From the IMG/VR virus record IMGVR_UViG_2778261164_000003: a DNA stretch of 19,950 nt. One strand, given 5' to 3'. Made by a program: the position numbers and the translations under genes. The stretch is from a virus. Lineage: Duplodnaviria; Heunggongvirae; Uroviricota; Caudoviricetes. The notes beneath the pieces are model-generated. The model was not told the origin of the DNA, made no database searches, and saw nothing but the letters and a program-made list of their open reading frames with translations. Below, piece after piece: positions 16,826-19,950 of the stretch. Position 1 is the first letter of the stretch. Each line of letters starts with the position of its first letter.

Positions 16826-17176
16826 ATGGTAACTAGCTTTGGTAAGACTCTCAGAAAAATGAGAATAGACCGGGGTATGGTGCTCAAAAATATGGCTGAT
16901 CTGTTAGGCGTTAGTTCGGCTTACTTATCCGCCATTGAATTAGGCAAAAGAGCTATACCGGACTCATTAGTAAATACGATTGCAACAACTTTTGAGCTTA
17001 GCGGACAAGACATCATCAATCTCAAGAAACAGGCAGAGATTTCTCAACCGTCCATTAAGGTTGATATGTCGGATGCAAATGAGCAGAACAAAGAACTAAT
17101 GCTTGTTTTTGCTCGTAAATTTAAGGACCTGAGTCCAGAGCAACTCGATAAGCTTAATAAAATGTTAAAGGACTGA
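16826..17176 (+). CDS. XRE-family helix-turn-helix transcriptional regulator, 116 aa
   Basis: LKNMADLLGVSSAYLSAIELGKR HTH motif. AGGAGG 7 nt before ATG 16826 (track start 16799 is GTG). Confidence 0.85.
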   Translation: MVTSFGKTLRKMRIDRGMVLKNMADLLGVSSAYLSAIELGKRAIPDSLVNTIATTFELSGQDIINLKKQAEISQPSIKVDMSDANEQNKELMLVFARKFKDLSPEQLDKLNKMLKD

Positions 17177-17179
17177 ATA

Positions 17180-17713
17180 ATGATTGCGAAACGAGAACTT
17201 GGCCATCGCGTTTCACCTCTCAGCACCAGCATGATTAAATCATACGCTCATCGTCTGAGAGACGTTCTTCAGATATCAAATCACACATATCTGAGACTGG
17301 ATGTATTACTAGAAGGTCTTATGGCCTCAGAAAGCATTGAGCTAGAAATTGTTGAAGATCATGAACTGCCCAAACGCTATGCAGTGACTTATCCAGATAA
17401 GAACAAAATTGTTTTACAGCGATCTGTTTACGATGCAGTGTGCAATGGTGAGAACCATGCGAGATTCACTGTTGCGCATGAACTTGGTCATTTAGTCATG
17501 CATCGCAATCAAAGTATCTATGCACGTAATAAGACTAGTGGAGGGCATAAAATCTATGAAGACAGCGAATGGCAAGCAGATGTTTTTGCAAGCCACTTCT
17601 TAATTGACTCAAGACTAGTTTTGCCCACAATGACTGTTGAAGATATAAGCAAAACATTTGGTGTCAGTCAACAAGCGGCTGAAACCTGGATGAGAAAAAA
17701 TGCAAAAAGATAA
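17180..17713 (+). CDS. ImmA/IrrE-family zinc metallopeptidase, 177 aa
   Basis: HEXXH motif in TVAHELGHLVMH. Start lies 4 nt after the HTH stop, with AAAGGA Shine-Dalgarno. Confidence 0.85.
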   Translation: MIAKRELGHRVSPLSTSMIKSYAHRLRDVLQISNHTYLRLDVLLEGLMASESIELEIVEDHELPKRYAVTYPDKNKIVLQRSVYDAVCNGENHARFTVAHELGHLVMHRNQSIYARNKTSGGHKIYEDSEWQADVFASHFLIDSRLVLPTMTVEDISKTFGVSQQAAETWMRKNAKR

Positions 17714-17720
17714 CGAAAAA

Positions 17721-17743
17721 GCCAGCGAACCGCTGTCGCTGGC
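17721..17743 (+). terminator. Weak terminator-like hairpin after the peptidase gene
   Basis: GCCAGCGA-ACCGCTG-TCGCTGGC followed by TTCTCCT (poor T tract). Confidence 0.3.
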
Positions 17744-17838
17744 TTCTCCTATCGTAAGCAAATACGAAAAACTTGGCGGTTGTGAGTATACGCTTACCTT
17801 AGGTTTTGTCAACAGCGAAACTTTACAGGTAACACGAT

Positions 17839-17982
17839 ATGACCATTGAAAAAGCTGTATCTGAGGAATACATCACAATTTACCGTCCTTTTATTACGGT
17901 CAAAGGTAAACGGATCTTTGCTCGTCAAAAAGGCTTGGCAGCCTTTCCTATCAAAATTCCTGCCTCTAAGTATCGAGGATAA
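17839..17982 (+). CDS. Small hypothetical protein, 47 aa (absent from the ORF track)
   Basis: MTIEKAVSEEYITIYRPFITVKGKRIFARQKGLAAFPIKIPASKYRG. AGGTAA 8 nt upstream; followed 15 nt later by a terminator. Confidence 0.35.
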   Translation: MTIEKAVSEEYITIYRPFITVKGKRIFARQKGLAAFPIKIPASKYRG

Positions 17983-17996
17983 TCTTTGCTAATCTT

Positions 17997-18021
17997 AGGC
18001 CCTTTTCTAGGGCCTTTTATT
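17997..18021 (+). terminator. Intrinsic terminator after the 47-aa ORF
   Basis: AGGCCC-TTTTCTA-GGGCCT followed by TTTATT. Confidence 0.5.
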
Positions 18022-18133
18022 ACACTTCTGTTACGCGCACCACAGATAGAGTTTCAGCTAAAACTTTTGTTCATACCTAGGAGTCTGCTGACGAGTGGTT
18101 TGTTCACTAATAAACACGTAAAAACGGTAACGG

Positions 18134-18215
18134 CTGGACATCATTCAATATTCGCACTATTGGAAGTTCACCAGCCAGCCACAGCACGTTCTTGCATACA
18201 ACGTGCCTGCGGTTT
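18134..18215 (+). repeat. Hairpin-containing repeat, copy B
   Basis: About 82 bp matching copy A. Hairpin CCACAGCACG-loop-CGTGCCTGCGG followed by TTTTT. Confidence 0.7.
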
Positions 18216-18307
18216 TTGAGACCGGTCCGATCATCAAACGAAACATAAAATTAGCTCACACTATGAGGAAAAGTATCTTTTTTTACTATGTAAATTCAAA
18301 GAATTAG

Positions 18308-19177
<870 letters not shown>

Positions 19178-19197
19178 GTCTTTAAGTGATAAGCATA

Positions 19198-19239
19198 AAC
19201 CGCAGCACGATCTTCTTCCATACGACGTGCTACGGTTTC
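19198..19239. repeat. Hairpin-containing repeat, copy C; likely bidirectional terminator between convergent genes
   Basis: CCGCAGCACG-16nt-CGTGCTACGG (9 of 10 bp paired) matching the 3' part of copies A and B. Flanked by T-rich tracts on both strands. Sits between the GIY-YIG stop (19177) and the invertase stop (19238). Confidence 0.6.
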
Positions 19240-19792
19240 ATTTATCTCCGACCGGAAACTTCTTATACAGTGTCGATATACCAACATCATAGATGATCGC
19301 CACCTTCTGGCGAGGGACGCCTGATGCAATTAATCGCCCGGCCTGCGCCCATTGTTCTGGTGTAAGTTTGGGACGACGTCCACCAATTCGTCCCTGTGCG
19401 CGAGCAGCGTCCAGTCCAGCTTTTGTTCGTTCAACAATCAGTTCTCGTTCCATTTCAGCCAGGGCACCCATCATATGAAAGAAAAAACGCCCCATCGGTG
19501 TGCTGGTATCAATAGCATCCGTCAGGCTGCGAAAATTAACGCCACGTTCGCGCAACTCCTCAACCAGAATGACCAGATGCCGCATACTACGCCCCAGCCG
19601 ATCCAGCTTCCAGACAACCAGAGTGTCACCTACCGATAATGTCCTGAGCAGTTTTTTCAGTCCCGGCCTTTCGGACTTTGTACCGCTTATCTTGTCTTCA
19701 AAAATCAGCTCGCATCCTGCACAGTTCAGCGCATTACGTTGTAGATCTGTGTTCTGGTCATTTGTTGACACACGTACATAGCCAATAAGCAT
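19238..19792 (-). CDS. Serine DNA invertase of the Hin/Gin/Pin/Cin family, 184 aa
   Basis: MLIGYVRVSTNDQNTDLQRNAL...LVVWKLDRLGRS...MGRFFFHMMGALAEMERELIVERT...C-terminal HTH. Near-colinear with Hin as recalled. GGGAGA Shine-Dalgarno before ATG 19792 (track start 19828 is upstream). Confidence 0.9.
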   Translation of the reverse strand: MLIGYVRVSTNDQNTDLQRNALNCAGCELIFEDKISGTKSERPGLKKLLRTLSVGDTLVVWKLDRLGRSMRHLVILVEELRERGVNFRSLTDAIDTSTPMGRFFFHMMGALAEMERELIVERTKAGLDAARAQGRIGGRRPKLTPEQWAQAGRLIASGVPRQKVAIIYDVGISTLYKKFPVGDK

Positions 19793-19950
19793 GGTAGATC
19801 TCCCTGACAAAAGCAGGAATGATGCCATTTGCTCGTTATTTCTGCATTTTCATAAACGTTGGTTTGGGAGAATCGGCAAAACGGAATGTGGGCAACGGGG
19901 AAAACCAAATCCCTGATATGTCTTTCTGGACGGTTACTGGTGGCAATGGA

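Noticed and set aside
19890-19926. hix/gix-like invertase crossover site near the window end
   Set aside because: Shares GAAAACCAA and TGATA with the hix consensus as I recall it, but the spacing is off by one and there is no dyad symmetry.

Overview
The window appears to hold two juxtaposed integrative elements, both read mainly on the minus strand. No database search or folding was possible, so every call rests on motifs read directly from the translations and sequence. Left part (1..12818): a P4-like phage satellite. It carries a tyrosine integrase beside a 45-nt 3' fragment of tRNA-Thr(CGU) (att core), an AT-rich unknown cargo ORF, AlpA-like and Arc-like regulators, a P4 alpha-type primase-helicase followed by an iteron cluster, and a Sid-like/Psu-like/Ogr-Delta late operon preceded by two TGT-N12-ACA dyads. 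Downstream of the late-operon terminator sits an AT-rich, translationally coupled operon encoding two different reverse transcriptases (DRT type 3-like, UG3/UG8-type). This is the strongest candidate for the system of interest, together with a possible ncRNA beside it. Right part (12819..19950): the distal end of a second element with a standalone OLD-family ATPase-Toprim nuclease, a Bro-N protein, a divergent XRE-HTH plus ImmA/IrrE peptidase pair, a GIY-YIG nuclease and a Hin/Gin/Pin-type serine invertase, punctuated by three copies of a hairpin-containing repeat. No rRNA, intact tRNA, CRISPR array or transposase was seen. Many ORFs in the supplied track are antisense shadows of the real genes, and several track starts are TTG/GTG codons that I re-assigned to the nearest ATG with a Shine-Dalgarno sequence.
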